This document shows, piece by piece, positions 26,981 through 35,925 of a stretch of 43,799 nucleotides of DNA (position 1 is the stretch's first letter; every line of letters starts with the position of its first letter). This DNA is from a virus (lineage: Duplodnaviria; Caudoviricetes): IMG/VR virus record IMGVR_UViG_3300048853_000016, positions 1-43,799 of that record. One strand, given 5' to 3'. The position numbers and the translations under genes were made by a program. The notes beneath the pieces were generated by a model. That model was given only the letters and a program-made list of their open reading frames with translations, was not told where the DNA came from and searched no databases.

Positions 26981-28138
26981 GTGGAAAGCAAACACCTTGA
27001 TAAAACAATCGAATTTAATCGCCCAACAAAATACAAGGTGCGGAAACGTCTCGGCTCGGGGGCGTGCGGGGAAACCGTGCTCCTCCATGACGAAAATATG
27101 GACTGTCTTTTTGTTGCCAAGAAATACAGACCGTTTTTTGCCCAGAGTGAATCGCCAGACGATTTCTCAGAATTACTAAGGCGCTTCAATTATGAGGCCC
27201 GTATCCTGTTTCGGTTGAATCATCCGAACATTGTTCGCGTCTACAGCTACTACGACTACAGTGAATTCGACACCGCATACATCTTGATGGAATATATTGA
27301 TGGTCAGAATATCGTCGATTTTTCTCGTCGTAACCCATCCATGCTGGACAATATATTTGAAAAAGTGATCGATGGATTTTCTCACCTTGAGGAAAAGAAT
27401 ATCTTGCATCGTGACATTCGGCAGGAGAATATCCTCGTCGACCAAATCGGAAACCCTAAAATAATCGACTTCGGATTTGGTAAAAGATTGGAAGATGTGC
27501 GCGAGGACGCTGAAAAAAGCATAACACTTAACTGGTGGTGCGAAACTCCTCCCGAGTTTGCGCGCTCAATTTATGATTTCCAGACGGAAGTTTACTTTGT
27601 AGGAAAATTGTTCGAGCTAATCATAACGGAGGAAGGCCTTTCCGGCTTCAAATACTCGAAGCTCGTTAAGACCATGTGCGAGCCAAACCGAGACAAACGC
27701 TTTAAAGCGTTTTCCGAAGTTAAGAATGCTGTAAATGCCGGGCAGTTCGTAGAGCTGTCATTCTCAAACGAAGAAATAACAGCTTATCGCAACTTCGCTG
27801 ACTGTCTTTCCTATATATTATCCTCCATAGACGCATCGTCAAAATACGAGCGGGAGCATGATAAAATCATCCCCGTCCTAGAGTCAATTTACAAACAGTC
27901 GATGCTTGAGGAACACGTCGCTGCGCCGAATAAAATCGCCTCAACATTTATTCGAGGACCTTTCAAGTACTGGAAAAATCGTCATTTTGAAACAGAAGTA
28001 CTTAGAGAGTTTCTAGCTACCCTCAAATCTTTACCGCCAGACAAGCAAAGCATCGTATTAGAGAACCTCTTAACCAGGCTTGACTCGGTTCAGCGGACAA
28101 CGCCGAAGTCGAGTTTGGACGACGATATCCCGTTCTGA
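26981..28138 (+). CDS. Hanks-type Ser/Thr protein kinase with DDDIPF C-terminus (moron)
   Basis: LGSGACG loop, VAKK, HRDIRQEN, DFG; GTG start after GAGAGGG (ORF open from 26939); AT-rich. Confidence 0.9.
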   Translation: MESKHLDKTIEFNRPTKYKVRKRLGSGACGETVLLHDENMDCLFVAKKYRPFFAQSESPDDFSELLRRFNYEARILFRLNHPNIVRVYSYYDYSEFDTAYILMEYIDGQNIVDFSRRNPSMLDNIFEKVIDGFSHLEEKNILHRDIRQENILVDQIGNPKIIDFGFGKRLEDVREDAEKSITLNWWCETPPEFARSIYDFQTEVYFVGKLFELIITEEGLSGFKYSKLVKTMCEPNRDKRFKAFSEVKNAVNAGQFVELSFSNEEITAYRNFADCLSYILSSIDASSKYEREHDKIIPVLESIYKQSMLEEHVAAPNKIASTFIRGPFKYWKNRHFETEVLREFLATLKSLPPDKQSIVLENLLTRLDSVQRTTPKSSLDDDIPF

Positions 28139-28192
28139 GCGCCAATCCGTCTCACCACTAACGATCCCGTGTAAGACAGCAAATAAACGGTA

Positions 28193-28696
28193 ATGATGGA
28201 CACGCTGATTGGCTTTCTGCAATCGATCCTCGGTCTGAAGGCTCGCCAAGGGTGGATATTTCTCTTCACCGGTGCAGCCATGCTGACACTCACCCACGCG
28301 GACATTCTCCCCGAAGGGGAATTGGCCGCTGGCTGGCTCGCGGCATTCTGGCTCTCTACTGTCTCGGGCGCAGCTATATTGGTCGTTTCAGGCGGCTATT
28401 CGATTTACAATCACGTCGAACATTGTTTCAAGCTCCGACAGAAAAAGGCGGAGCGGGAAAGGTTGGAAAAGGACGCTGTGAAAAGCGCCGAAATACTAAA
28501 AGGATACGTCGCTGGAGAGCTCCTGTCCGTGTTGAGGTCTGACAATCCGCGGTTTACATCATACGACCCCGGTAGGCTCCATTCGAAGCACATTATCCGT
28601 TCTGTTCAGCTTAACGTGTTCGAAGTGGTCGATCCTGTGTGGAGTGACAGGAGTCGCCTCATCAAGATTTTGGAAGCGCGTGTGCATCTTAGATAG
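28193..28696 (+). CDS. Two-TM membrane protein, SieB-like architecture
   Basis: Two N-terminal hydrophobic helices, charged coiled coil, small C-terminal domain. Confidence 0.6.
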   Translation: MMDTLIGFLQSILGLKARQGWIFLFTGAAMLTLTHADILPEGELAAGWLAAFWLSTVSGAAILVVSGGYSIYNHVEHCFKLRQKKAERERLEKDAVKSAEILKGYVAGELLSVLRSDNPRFTSYDPGRLHSKHIIRSVQLNVFEVVDPVWSDRSRLIKILEARVHLR

Positions 28697-28719
28697 GGGT
28701 GGCGATCAGACGCCGCCCC
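28696..28719. terminator. Hairpin between moron and nrdJ 3' ends
   Basis: GGGGTGGCG-ATCAGA-CGCCGCCCC. Confidence 0.5.
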
Positions 28720-28742
28720 CACCCACAACACAAGTGAATAAC

Positions 28743-30749
28743 TTACCTAATCGGACAAGCGCCGGTCGCGCAGCCGTTTTCAATCAGCTCGTCGAAGCTG
28801 TTCGTGCCATCGAGATTGACGGGACGTAGGGTCGCCACATAGGCGTCGTACTCTTCCTTGGTCACCACCTCCTGCGGCAGATACGGATAGCCCAAGTCTG
28901 CGGCAGTCTTGGTCGGGTCGGTGCGGTAAATGAACGAGACACCGACGTAGCTGTCCCAGTTTTCCATCAACCAGTCGATGATCGCGGGGATTTCCGACTG
29001 GTCGTAGTAGATGGTGATGGAGCAGTTGTGATCGACATAGTTGTCCATCAGCAACTTGTAGCGTTCGAGCTGATCAATGGCCGGTTCGAGGTTGACCTCT
29101 ACTTCGCGACCGTTGATCTCGACTTTGTCGAAGTCGATGTTTTCGAAGCTCACCGGAAAGCTAACAAGCTTAGTGTCATCGCTGTACGGGTCAGTGATAA
29201 CACGATAGCCCGCTTCGCTGAGTTTGGTAACAAGCGGATCATGAGCGGAGAACCTCACGTTGTTGATGATGTATTTTCCGAGCGGACGGTGAACGCCCTC
29301 GGAGGTGTCCATAATCTTCGACAGGGTGCCTGACGGTTTCACCGTGGTGACCGCCTTCGGGCGAGGAAGACCCAGCTCATCGGCCATCGAGAAGGCACCT
29401 TGGCGTGCGGCCTCACGAAGCCACCGGAAGGCTGAGCCATTCTTCGCGAACTCCCACCGGACAATGCCGGTGAGGCCAACACCGCAGAGGCGCAGGAACT
29501 CGTTCAGTTCATGCCACGACCGTTGCAGGACGCCATCGTCGAGGTTCACACAGGTCTGACGGTAATTCGCCCTGGCTGCGATGTAGATGGCTCGGTCCAG
29601 ACCATGACGGTCACCGTTGAACTTCCCGAGGTCCACTTCGACAAGGTTGCAGAAGCTCTTGTTTCCCAGGAGGATTTCAGCACACGGGTTGACCCCCTTG
29701 AACCACGGCGCACGCTTGAGCGCGGTCGAGGCGTTGAGGAACCCAGGCTCGGAACCACCGGCTGCGGTCATCAGATCGAAGATGTGCTGCAGCCTCTCGC
29801 GGCTCGGCTTGCTATAGAACAGGACCGAGTTGTTGGACTGCGAGCGCTGCGGGTTATCGACCCAGTGCTCCTTCTTGGCGACCATGAAGGCCTCAGCCTC
29901 CGGGTCGTTCTCAGGCAACACCGCGATCTCAGCCGACCGGCGCGAGGACAAGATCGTCCCCATCCAGTTCAAGATGTCGAGGATGTCGATACGGTTCAGG
30001 AGCTGACCGGCCTTGCGGTTCATGATCCCGCAGATCGCGACGAAGGCCTTGCTGATTTGGCTGTCACCGGAGCTGATCCAGCCGTAGCCTTTGAGGCGTT
30101 CACCGGCAGGACGGATTTCCGTGAAGTCGAGGACGATCTTATCGACCGGCTCTTTCATCGCGAGGAGCTTGCCGACCGCCTTGGCCCAGGCCTCAGCGCT
30201 GTCGCCGACACGCAGCCAGAAGATGCGTTCACCCTCGTAGGTGAAGATGTTGGAGAAGTTGTTCGGCTCACCCTTCCGCCAGCCTTCCGGCAGCTTGTCG
30301 CGCCTCGACCGCTCGACGACGACCTCGGCAGCTTTGGTGAAGCCATTCAGTGTACCGACGACTGGCTCAAAGCCGACGCCGCAGCCCTGCAGGAGGAGCC
30401 ACTGCGCGTCCACAACATCGTGGACGGTCTCGATGCGTCCGAAGGAGCAGTTAAATTGCGAGGCCTCGCGCTGCTTGGCCACTTCAGTCCCACCGAGCCA
30501 AAGGGTGCGACCGGAGACGGAGAGCTTGCGGTCAAGCATGAGTTGGCGAAGTTCAGCAAGTTCAGCCTCCTGTGCGAGATCGAGGGGGGTCTTCTGGGCA
30601 CGTTCCCAGAGCCAGCGTTGGTGGCCGATCACGCGGTCCACCGTCTGTTCCCAGGTCTCGAAAACAGAACCAGCCTCATCAAGAGGCCGGTTGTAAGTGC
30701 GTCTGGTGATGACCTGGGCGCGGGTAGAAGCTATTGAAATCACGGGCAT
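28743..30749 (-). CDS. nrdJ: Class II (B12-dependent) ribonucleotide reductase
   Basis: FNCSF, NPCAEI, TVKPSGT, C-terminal CATGACPIR; no beta-subunit gene present. Confidence 0.93.
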   Translation of the reverse strand: MPVISIASTRAQVITRRTYNRPLDEAGSVFETWEQTVDRVIGHQRWLWERAQKTPLDLAQEAELAELRQLMLDRKLSVSGRTLWLGGTEVAKQREASQFNCSFGRIETVHDVVDAQWLLLQGCGVGFEPVVGTLNGFTKAAEVVVERSRRDKLPEGWRKGEPNNFSNIFTYEGERIFWLRVGDSAEAWAKAVGKLLAMKEPVDKIVLDFTEIRPAGERLKGYGWISSGDSQISKAFVAICGIMNRKAGQLLNRIDILDILNWMGTILSSRRSAEIAVLPENDPEAEAFMVAKKEHWVDNPQRSQSNNSVLFYSKPSRERLQHIFDLMTAAGGSEPGFLNASTALKRAPWFKGVNPCAEILLGNKSFCNLVEVDLGKFNGDRHGLDRAIYIAARANYRQTCVNLDDGVLQRSWHELNEFLRLCGVGLTGIVRWEFAKNGSAFRWLREAARQGAFSMADELGLPRPKAVTTVKPSGTLSKIMDTSEGVHRPLGKYIINNVRFSAHDPLVTKLSEAGYRVITDPYSDDTKLVSFPVSFENIDFDKVEINGREVEVNLEPAIDQLERYKLLMDNYVDHNCSITIYYDQSEIPAIIDWLMENWDSYVGVSFIYRTDPTKTAADLGYPYLPQEVVTKEEYDAYVATLRPVNLDGTNSFDELIENGCATGACPIR

Positions 30750-30751
30750 TC

Positions 30752-31123
30752 TCAGTCGTCGTCACCCTCGATTGCGTCCTCGATCTGCTCGGCAAAGAAC
30801 CACGCCCAGAACCAGCTCATGGAGGACGAGCTAGACGTGGACGGAGCGGGTGCAGCCGGGACCGGCATCGGGGTATAGGTTGGGGTCTTGGTGACGGGCT
30901 TCGTGGTGACAGGAGGTGTCACCTTCGGAGCAGCAGGGGTCACCGGCTTGGTAGCGGAGGGCTTGATCGACGGGACCGAAGTTCTAGGGGCCGAGTAGGA
31001 GCGGCTGATCGAGGACGAGCGGAAGGAGCTGAAGCCCCCTCCCCGGAATTTCGCCTCAGCGATTCCGACAACGCCGACACACAGCGCCACGATGAGTGTG
31101 GCTATGAAATTTGCGAAACGCAT
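30752..31123 (-). CDS. Exported/membrane low-complexity protein
   Basis: Signal peptide ending AEA, G/S/R-rich then P/T-rich linker, WFWAWFF segment. Confidence 0.7.
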   Translation of the reverse strand: MRFANFIATLIVALCVGVVGIAEAKFRGGGFSSFRSSSISRSYSAPRTSVPSIKPSATKPVTPAAPKVTPPVTTKPVTKTPTYTPMPVPAAPAPSTSSSSSMSWFWAWFFAEQIEDAIEGDDD

Positions 31124-31124
31124 G

Positions 31125-31140
31125 TATGCACCTGTGGATA
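31125..31140. promoter_or_regulatory. Operator-like 16-mer over RBS
   Basis: TATGCACCTGTGGATA. Confidence 0.65.
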
Positions 31141-31147
31141 CGTCAGA

Positions 31148-31567
31148 TCAAGCGATGAGATCGTCGAGGACCGGCGGCTGGTAGTTCGGGCCTTTGAGAA
31201 CCTTACCGTCCTCCCGGCGCACCGGCTTGCCGTCGTGACCGAGCTTCGACATGTTTGAGGCATGGACGCGGTCGAAGGCTTCTTCCAGAACTTCCTGCCG
31301 GTCGAAGACATCGAGGAGCTCCATGACGGTCTCGGGGAAGATGCCGATACCAGCATCATCCAACAGCCGCTGGGCCTCCTCCTCACCGACGAGATTGACC
31401 AGACCGGCCTCCACGTAGGCGATGTCGCAAAGTTCCTTCAGGAGATGCGCTGCGGCCTCCTTGGCCTCCGTCAGTTCCTCGGCCACCAGCTTGACCCAGA
31501 GCTGCGGGTCTTTCGAGGTTTCGAAGGCGTCGTTGAACTCCTTCACCTGTGCGAGTTGCTTGTTCAT
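31148..31567 (-). CDS. MazG/PRA-PH-like nucleotide pyrophosphohydrolase
   Basis: EELTE, KELCD, VHASNMSK, REDGKVLKGPNY motifs. Confidence 0.88.
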   Translation of the reverse strand: MNKQLAQVKEFNDAFETSKDPQLWVKLVAEELTEAKEAAAHLLKELCDIAYVEAGLVNLVGEEEAQRLLDDAGIGIFPETVMELLDVFDRQEVLEEAFDRVHASNMSKLGHDGKPVRREDGKVLKGPNYQPPVLDDLIA

Positions 31568-31797
31568 AACTTGGCTCCGATCCGTTTCAGTTCGCGCTCC
31601 GCGAAGTAAATGATTTTCCTGAGGTCGTAGGCATCTTCGTTGCCGTCCTTCTGGCCGAGCCGATAAGCCGCCTTGAAGATGTTGCCGACGTTGAAGTTCA
31701 TGTTCTTGTGCTCGATCAGGTCGCCCAATTCGGTCGCGCCTTCGGGGAGCAGGTAGTAGCTCGTCGAACCACCGTCTGATTTCACCTTGGTTGCCAC
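31564..31797 (-). CDS. DUF3310-like (T7 gp1.7-related) protein
   Basis: SDGGSTSYY, FNVGNIFKAAYRLGQK, DLRKIIYF motifs. Confidence 0.75.
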   Translation of the reverse strand: MATKVKSDGGSTSYYLLPEGATELGDLIEHKNMNFNVGNIFKAAYRLGQKDGNEDAYDLRKIIYFAERELKRIGAKL

Positions 31798-32519
31798 AGG
31801 ATTGGTTCCTTCTTCTTGAAGTCGTAGTCAGACGCCCGCAGGATGCGAGCAACACGCGCCTGGACGAGAGCTTCGCTTTCGTTGAGACCGGCCTTTTCGA
31901 AGGTTCGAACGACGGCATCCCAGTTGGCCTCGCCGCCCAGGATGGTTTCAGCCTTCTTCGGGCCGATGCCTGGACAACCGGCATAGCCGTCCGTCGTGTC
32001 GCCGGTCAGGGTCTGGTAAAGGTGCCAGTAGTCGGCTTCCGCTTCGCTGATCTCGACAATGTGGCCATCGACCACATCGCGATAGAACAGGCCGGGGATC
32101 GTCTTCATGTCCTTGTCGATGGACACGATTACCTTGTCGCCCATCCCCTTCATGGTGGCGAGAATGCCCATGCAATCATCGCCTTCCAGGCCGGGGCGGA
32201 AATATGCGCCCAGCTCGTCGATCATCCATTGCTTAATGGACATCAGGACGAGGGGCTTCTTCACGTTGGCGCGGTTCCCCTTGTAGGTTGGGAGCACCTT
32301 CTTGCGGAAGTTGCCTTCGCTGTCCGTCAGACACAGCTTGTAGTCGGTACCCTGCAGGGTATCCATCAGCCGGTCGATACGGTCCTTGACCGCGCTCTTC
32401 ACTTCATTCTCGTCGCAGTGCCACGTCCAGTAGCCATCGCCCCAATGGGTGGCGACCTCGACCGAGGAAGCAGCCTCATAGGCCACCACGTCTGCGTCGA
32501 TCAGTAGCGTCGTTGTCAT
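31782..32519 (-). CDS. 5'-3' exonuclease (gp6-like)
   Basis: LIDAD, YKGNR, LEGDD, DKD, GDTTDGYAGCPGIG motifs. Confidence 0.93.
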   Translation of the reverse strand: MTTTLLIDADVVAYEAASSVEVATHWGDGYWTWHCDENEVKSAVKDRIDRLMDTLQGTDYKLCLTDSEGNFRKKVLPTYKGNRANVKKPLVLMSIKQWMIDELGAYFRPGLEGDDCMGILATMKGMGDKVIVSIDKDMKTIPGLFYRDVVDGHIVEISEAEADYWHLYQTLTGDTTDGYAGCPGIGPKKAETILGGEANWDAVVRTFEKAGLNESEALVQARVARILRASDYDFKKKEPILWQPR

Positions 32520-32677
32520 TCTGTCCTTTCCTTGAAGATGCGTTCCATCAGGAAGCGACCGCCCTCGGCGACAATCCGGCCTCCTTCCCACACCACTAAT
32601 CCTCGTGATTGCGGGCCTTGGTCAGCCGGAAGTTGCCTTGATGGGCGAGCACGATGAGTTCGGGAGACGGGACGTAG

Positions 32678-32926
32678 TCAGCGAGCATCGGGCAAAATCA
32701 CAGCCCTGGTCTCCTGATAACCGCCGACGAGCTGGCCATCGACGAACACCTGCGGGACGGTGGTCAGGCCCGAGGCTTGCAGGAAGGCGATCAGTTCGGG
32801 GCAGTCGATGATGTTGAAGTCGGCGAACGTCACGCCATAAGTGCGCAGGAGGTCTTTCACTCGCTCGCACCAGACGCAGTTCGACCTACCGAGAATGACC
32901 ACCTTCCGGGCGGCGAGATCAGTCAT
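32678..32926 (-). CDS. Glutaredoxin
   Basis: CVWC active site and TVPQVF..G..VGG. Confidence 0.88.
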   Translation of the reverse strand: MTDLAARKVVILGRSNCVWCERVKDLLRTYGVTFADFNIIDCPELIAFLQASGLTTVPQVFVDGQLVGGYQETRAVILPDAR

Positions 32927-33134
32927 TCTTACCTCCGGCGAGAAGAACCAGCTCGCCTTGCTGCTTGGGCAGCGAGATCGAGTGCAGCACCTTGTCCATC
33001 ATCGAGACGAGCATGGCGCGGGCGACGGGGTCGCGGGTGCGGTCGATCTGGTGGGCGAGACGGTTCATGCAGTCGGAGCGATCAATGATCGGGTCATTGG
33101 TCGGCATGACAATAAATTCTTCATCCTTGTCCAT
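32919..33134 (-). CDS. Hypothetical protein (71 aa)
   Basis: Overlaps both neighbours in the operon. Confidence 0.6.
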   Translation of the reverse strand: MDKDEEFIVMPTNDPIIDRSDCMNRLAHQIDRTRDPVARAMLVSMMDKVLHSISLPKQQGELVLLAGGKND

Positions 33135-33843
33135 CTGAGGTTAGGGCCTTCCATGAGTCTGGGAACAGCGGCTCGATCAGAGCGCCGATCTGGGTTGCGA
33201 GATCACGCACTTCCTTCTGCGCGTGAGGGTTCGTTCGTTGATTGAAGAAGCGGGCGTAAGCCGCGAGATTTCCTGTCCAAATCCATCGGACGAGGACGCC
33301 TTGGGGGAGGACGAAGCGGGCCTGTTCGGGGCAGACGCCGTTCTCGATCATGCTTTCGTAGAAGGTGATCGCCTCGGAGCAGAGGTCCACATAATGGGCC
33401 TTGAAGGTTTCACTCTCCGGGTGCTTCTCCCCGCTGCCCTGCTTGATCGAGCCTTCCGGTTTGCTTCGGAAGTACTCAGGGACAAACAGCTCGGGAGTCG
33501 AGGAGATGTACCTGCGGCTCTCCTCGTTCTCGACGAAGCCAGCCTTGTGCTTGAAGCACTGCGTCCTGATCGGCACCGGAGCGGAGACCCGTAGCTTGAT
33601 CGCCGTGTGGGCGAACGGTGTCCAGTGCTGGTGCCGAGCGAGGTACCGGATGAGCTTCTCGTCGGGCAGCTTCAGCACCTTTTCGAAGGAGCATCCGCCG
33701 TGGCTGCAGGGCCAGCCGAGACTGGGTTCGGCCTGACCGCAGCGGCAGACCGCATTCCAGGTGCTTTCCTTGTCGAACGAAACTCGGGCCGCGTTGACGA
33801 CTGAGAGATCATCGCCCATGTGGTCGAGCAGTTCAGCCTTCAT
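33121..33843 (-). CDS. thyX: Flavin-dependent thymidylate synthase
   Basis: VVNAARVSF, HWTPFAH, NEESRRY, EQARFVLP, HAQKE motifs. Confidence 0.93.
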   Translation of the reverse strand: MKAELLDHMGDDLSVVNAARVSFDKESTWNAVCRCGQAEPSLGWPCSHGGCSFEKVLKLPDEKLIRYLARHQHWTPFAHTAIKLRVSAPVPIRTQCFKHKAGFVENEESRRYISSTPELFVPEYFRSKPEGSIKQGSGEKHPESETFKAHYVDLCSEAITFYESMIENGVCPEQARFVLPQGVLVRWIWTGNLAAYARFFNQRTNPHAQKEVRDLATQIGALIEPLFPDSWKALTSDGQG

Positions 33844-34046
33844 TGATGATGGGTTCCTTTCAGGACGTAGAGATGCGAAAGCCCGAGCGGCGTCAGAACC
33901 CACTGGCGGGTGTATTGGCCGGGGGCGATCTTGGTGGTGATGAAGCCCTCGCTCGCGGCGGCTGCGATGAGGTCAGCGTTGTCGCGGGCGAAGTTCGATT
34001 TGGTTTTGAAGGGATGGTTGAGAGCGTGTTCGAGCACGTCCAGCAT
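33840..34046 (-). CDS. T7 gp5.7-like protein
   Basis: KSNFARDNADLIAAAASEGFI...W.LT..G parallels T7 gp5.7; follows DNA polymerase. Confidence 0.8.
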   Translation of the reverse strand: MLDVLEHALNHPFKTKSNFARDNADLIAAAASEGFITTKIAPGQYTRQWVLTPLGLSHLYVLKGTHHQ

Positions 34047-35878
34047 CAGTGGGTTTCCTTCCAGTTGCTGCCGATCTTGAACTCGCCGTCGATGGGGCAC
34101 TTGAAGCCGAAGAACTCCCCGGCATCGCGCATCGCCTGGACGACGATCTGACCCACCTCCTCCGCAATCGCGGGACGGCACTCGGTCTGGATTTCGTCGT
34201 GGATGTGGGCGACGAAGGCGTAATCCTTCCCGAATCGGTATCCACGGGCGGATAGATTCCGATACGCCAAGATCATCGCGACCTTGGAGATCAGCGCCCC
34301 GGCAGACTGCAGGAGCGTGTTGAGCGCCGAGTGTGTCGAGCGGATATGCAGATGTCTGCCGTCGAGACCGATGAGATAGCCTCGGGCGGCGGCTGCCTCG
34401 ACCTGCTCGCGGAGCTTCTTCAGCGCCGGGGTCTTCTTCAGGAAGGCCTTCTTCAGCTTCCTGCCGATGCGCTTCTGCTCTTCAGCGTCAGCGTTCGGCG
34501 CGACGATGCTGCCTATCTTCTGGTCGCCAGCTCCGTAGAGAAAGGCGTAAATGAAAGTCTTGGCATCATTTCGCGTCGGTAGCCCTGCGGCAAGCTGGTT
34601 GACCGTGTGGACATCGCCTTCGAGAACGATCTTTGCATACGCGCCGTCATCGTAGCGTGCCATGAAATGAGCCAGACAGCGCAGCTCAAGACCCGACAGG
34701 TCAGCACCAACCAGTACGAACCCAGGAGTGGTCGTGAATAGAGCACGGCTCTCAGCGCCGTAAGGACTACCTACGCGGGGAACCTGTGCCACATTAGGGT
34801 TGCTGTGCGTGCAACGCCCAGTGACAGCGCCGTTTGTATTAACTGATCCATGTATGCGTCCGTTCTTGACTAGCTTGAGCCATGCCTGATCGCCCTCGGC
34901 CAACTGCCCGATGCGCTTCTCAACGAGGAAGTGCTCGGCCAGGAGCTTTGCTTCGGGATAAGGCAGACCCTCAAGGACCGTTTCGTCCACCTTCGGCTGA
35001 CCGGAGGGGGTGAACTCCTGCGGCACCCAACCGAGATCGATCAGGCGCTCGGCGATCATCTGCCGGGAGGAAGGGTTGAACTCGACCATCCACCGCTTGG
35101 TGAACGGCTTGCCCTTCACGTAGCCCCGCGCCTTGTTGTTCACCTTGGGGATGAACACCTCGGTCTTCTCGACCGGAGGGAAGGCACGCTGCAGTTCCTC
35201 GGCCAGCTCGGAACGCCGCTTGACCAGCTGCGAGTAGAGCGTGACAGCGCCGGCCTCGTCGAAGGCGAAGCCGTGGCGCTCCTGCATGGCGATGATCTTG
35301 CAGAACTCGTGCTCGATCCACACAGCCTGTTCAGCCGGTGCCTTCTTCAGGATGCGCTCATGTAGCTCGTTGGTGACGCGAACGTCCTGCTCGCAGTACA
35401 CCTGCATTTCCCACGACCAGTCCTGCCAGTCGGTGGTCTCGCCGAAGTCGCCCTTCAACACGCCAAGCCTGAGGCCCCAGGCCTTCAGGGAGTGCGAGCC
35501 ATAGAGCTTGCCGGGGAACTTGCCGAGCTTGACGAGGCGGCTGTCGTAGAGGTCGCCGATATTGCCCCAGATGAGGCGGGCGAGAACGAGCGTGTCGGTG
35601 ATCTGCCCGTTCGGTTTGAACCAGGGGTAGACCTTCTGGATTGCCGGAATGTCGAACTTGATGATGTTATGGCCGATGATCTCCTCGGCCTCCATGAGCA
35701 TGCGAACGGCTTGCTCGATGGTGACGTCGGTCACGACCATCGGGTCGTTGGAACTGTAGGGGTTCTCGGTGCAGGAATAGTAGACGCCAGTGTCCACCTC
35801 CTGCAGAACCAGGCTGTGGACTTTGGTCAGCGTGTCGAGAAACCCGTTCGTCTCGCAGTCAAAGCGATAACGGGCCAT
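34046..35878 (-). CDS. Family A DNA polymerase (gp5-like) with 3'-5' exonuclease
   Basis: DCET, DLSGLELR, AKTFIYAFLYGAG, HDE motifs. Confidence 0.96.
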   Translation of the reverse strand: MARYRFDCETNGFLDTLTKVHSLVLQEVDTGVYYSCTENPYSSNDPMVVTDVTIEQAVRMLMEAEEIIGHNIIKFDIPAIQKVYPWFKPNGQITDTLVLARLIWGNIGDLYDSRLVKLGKFPGKLYGSHSLKAWGLRLGVLKGDFGETTDWQDWSWEMQVYCEQDVRVTNELHERILKKAPAEQAVWIEHEFCKIIAMQERHGFAFDEAGAVTLYSQLVKRRSELAEELQRAFPPVEKTEVFIPKVNNKARGYVKGKPFTKRWMVEFNPSSRQMIAERLIDLGWVPQEFTPSGQPKVDETVLEGLPYPEAKLLAEHFLVEKRIGQLAEGDQAWLKLVKNGRIHGSVNTNGAVTGRCTHSNPNVAQVPRVGSPYGAESRALFTTTPGFVLVGADLSGLELRCLAHFMARYDDGAYAKIVLEGDVHTVNQLAAGLPTRNDAKTFIYAFLYGAGDQKIGSIVAPNADAEEQKRIGRKLKKAFLKKTPALKKLREQVEAAAARGYLIGLDGRHLHIRSTHSALNTLLQSAGALISKVAMILAYRNLSARGYRFGKDYAFVAHIHDEIQTECRPAIAEEVGQIVVQAMRDAGEFFGFKCPIDGEFKIGSNWKETH

Positions 35879-35902
35879 GAATGTCCTCTCGCTGGAGAAA
35901 CG

Positions 35903-35918
35903 TATGCGGGGGTGGATA
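35903..35918. promoter_or_regulatory. Operator-like 16-mer (degenerate)
   Basis: TATGCGGGGGTGGATA between helicase and polymerase. Confidence 0.45.
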
Positions 35919-35925
35919 GGTCAGG

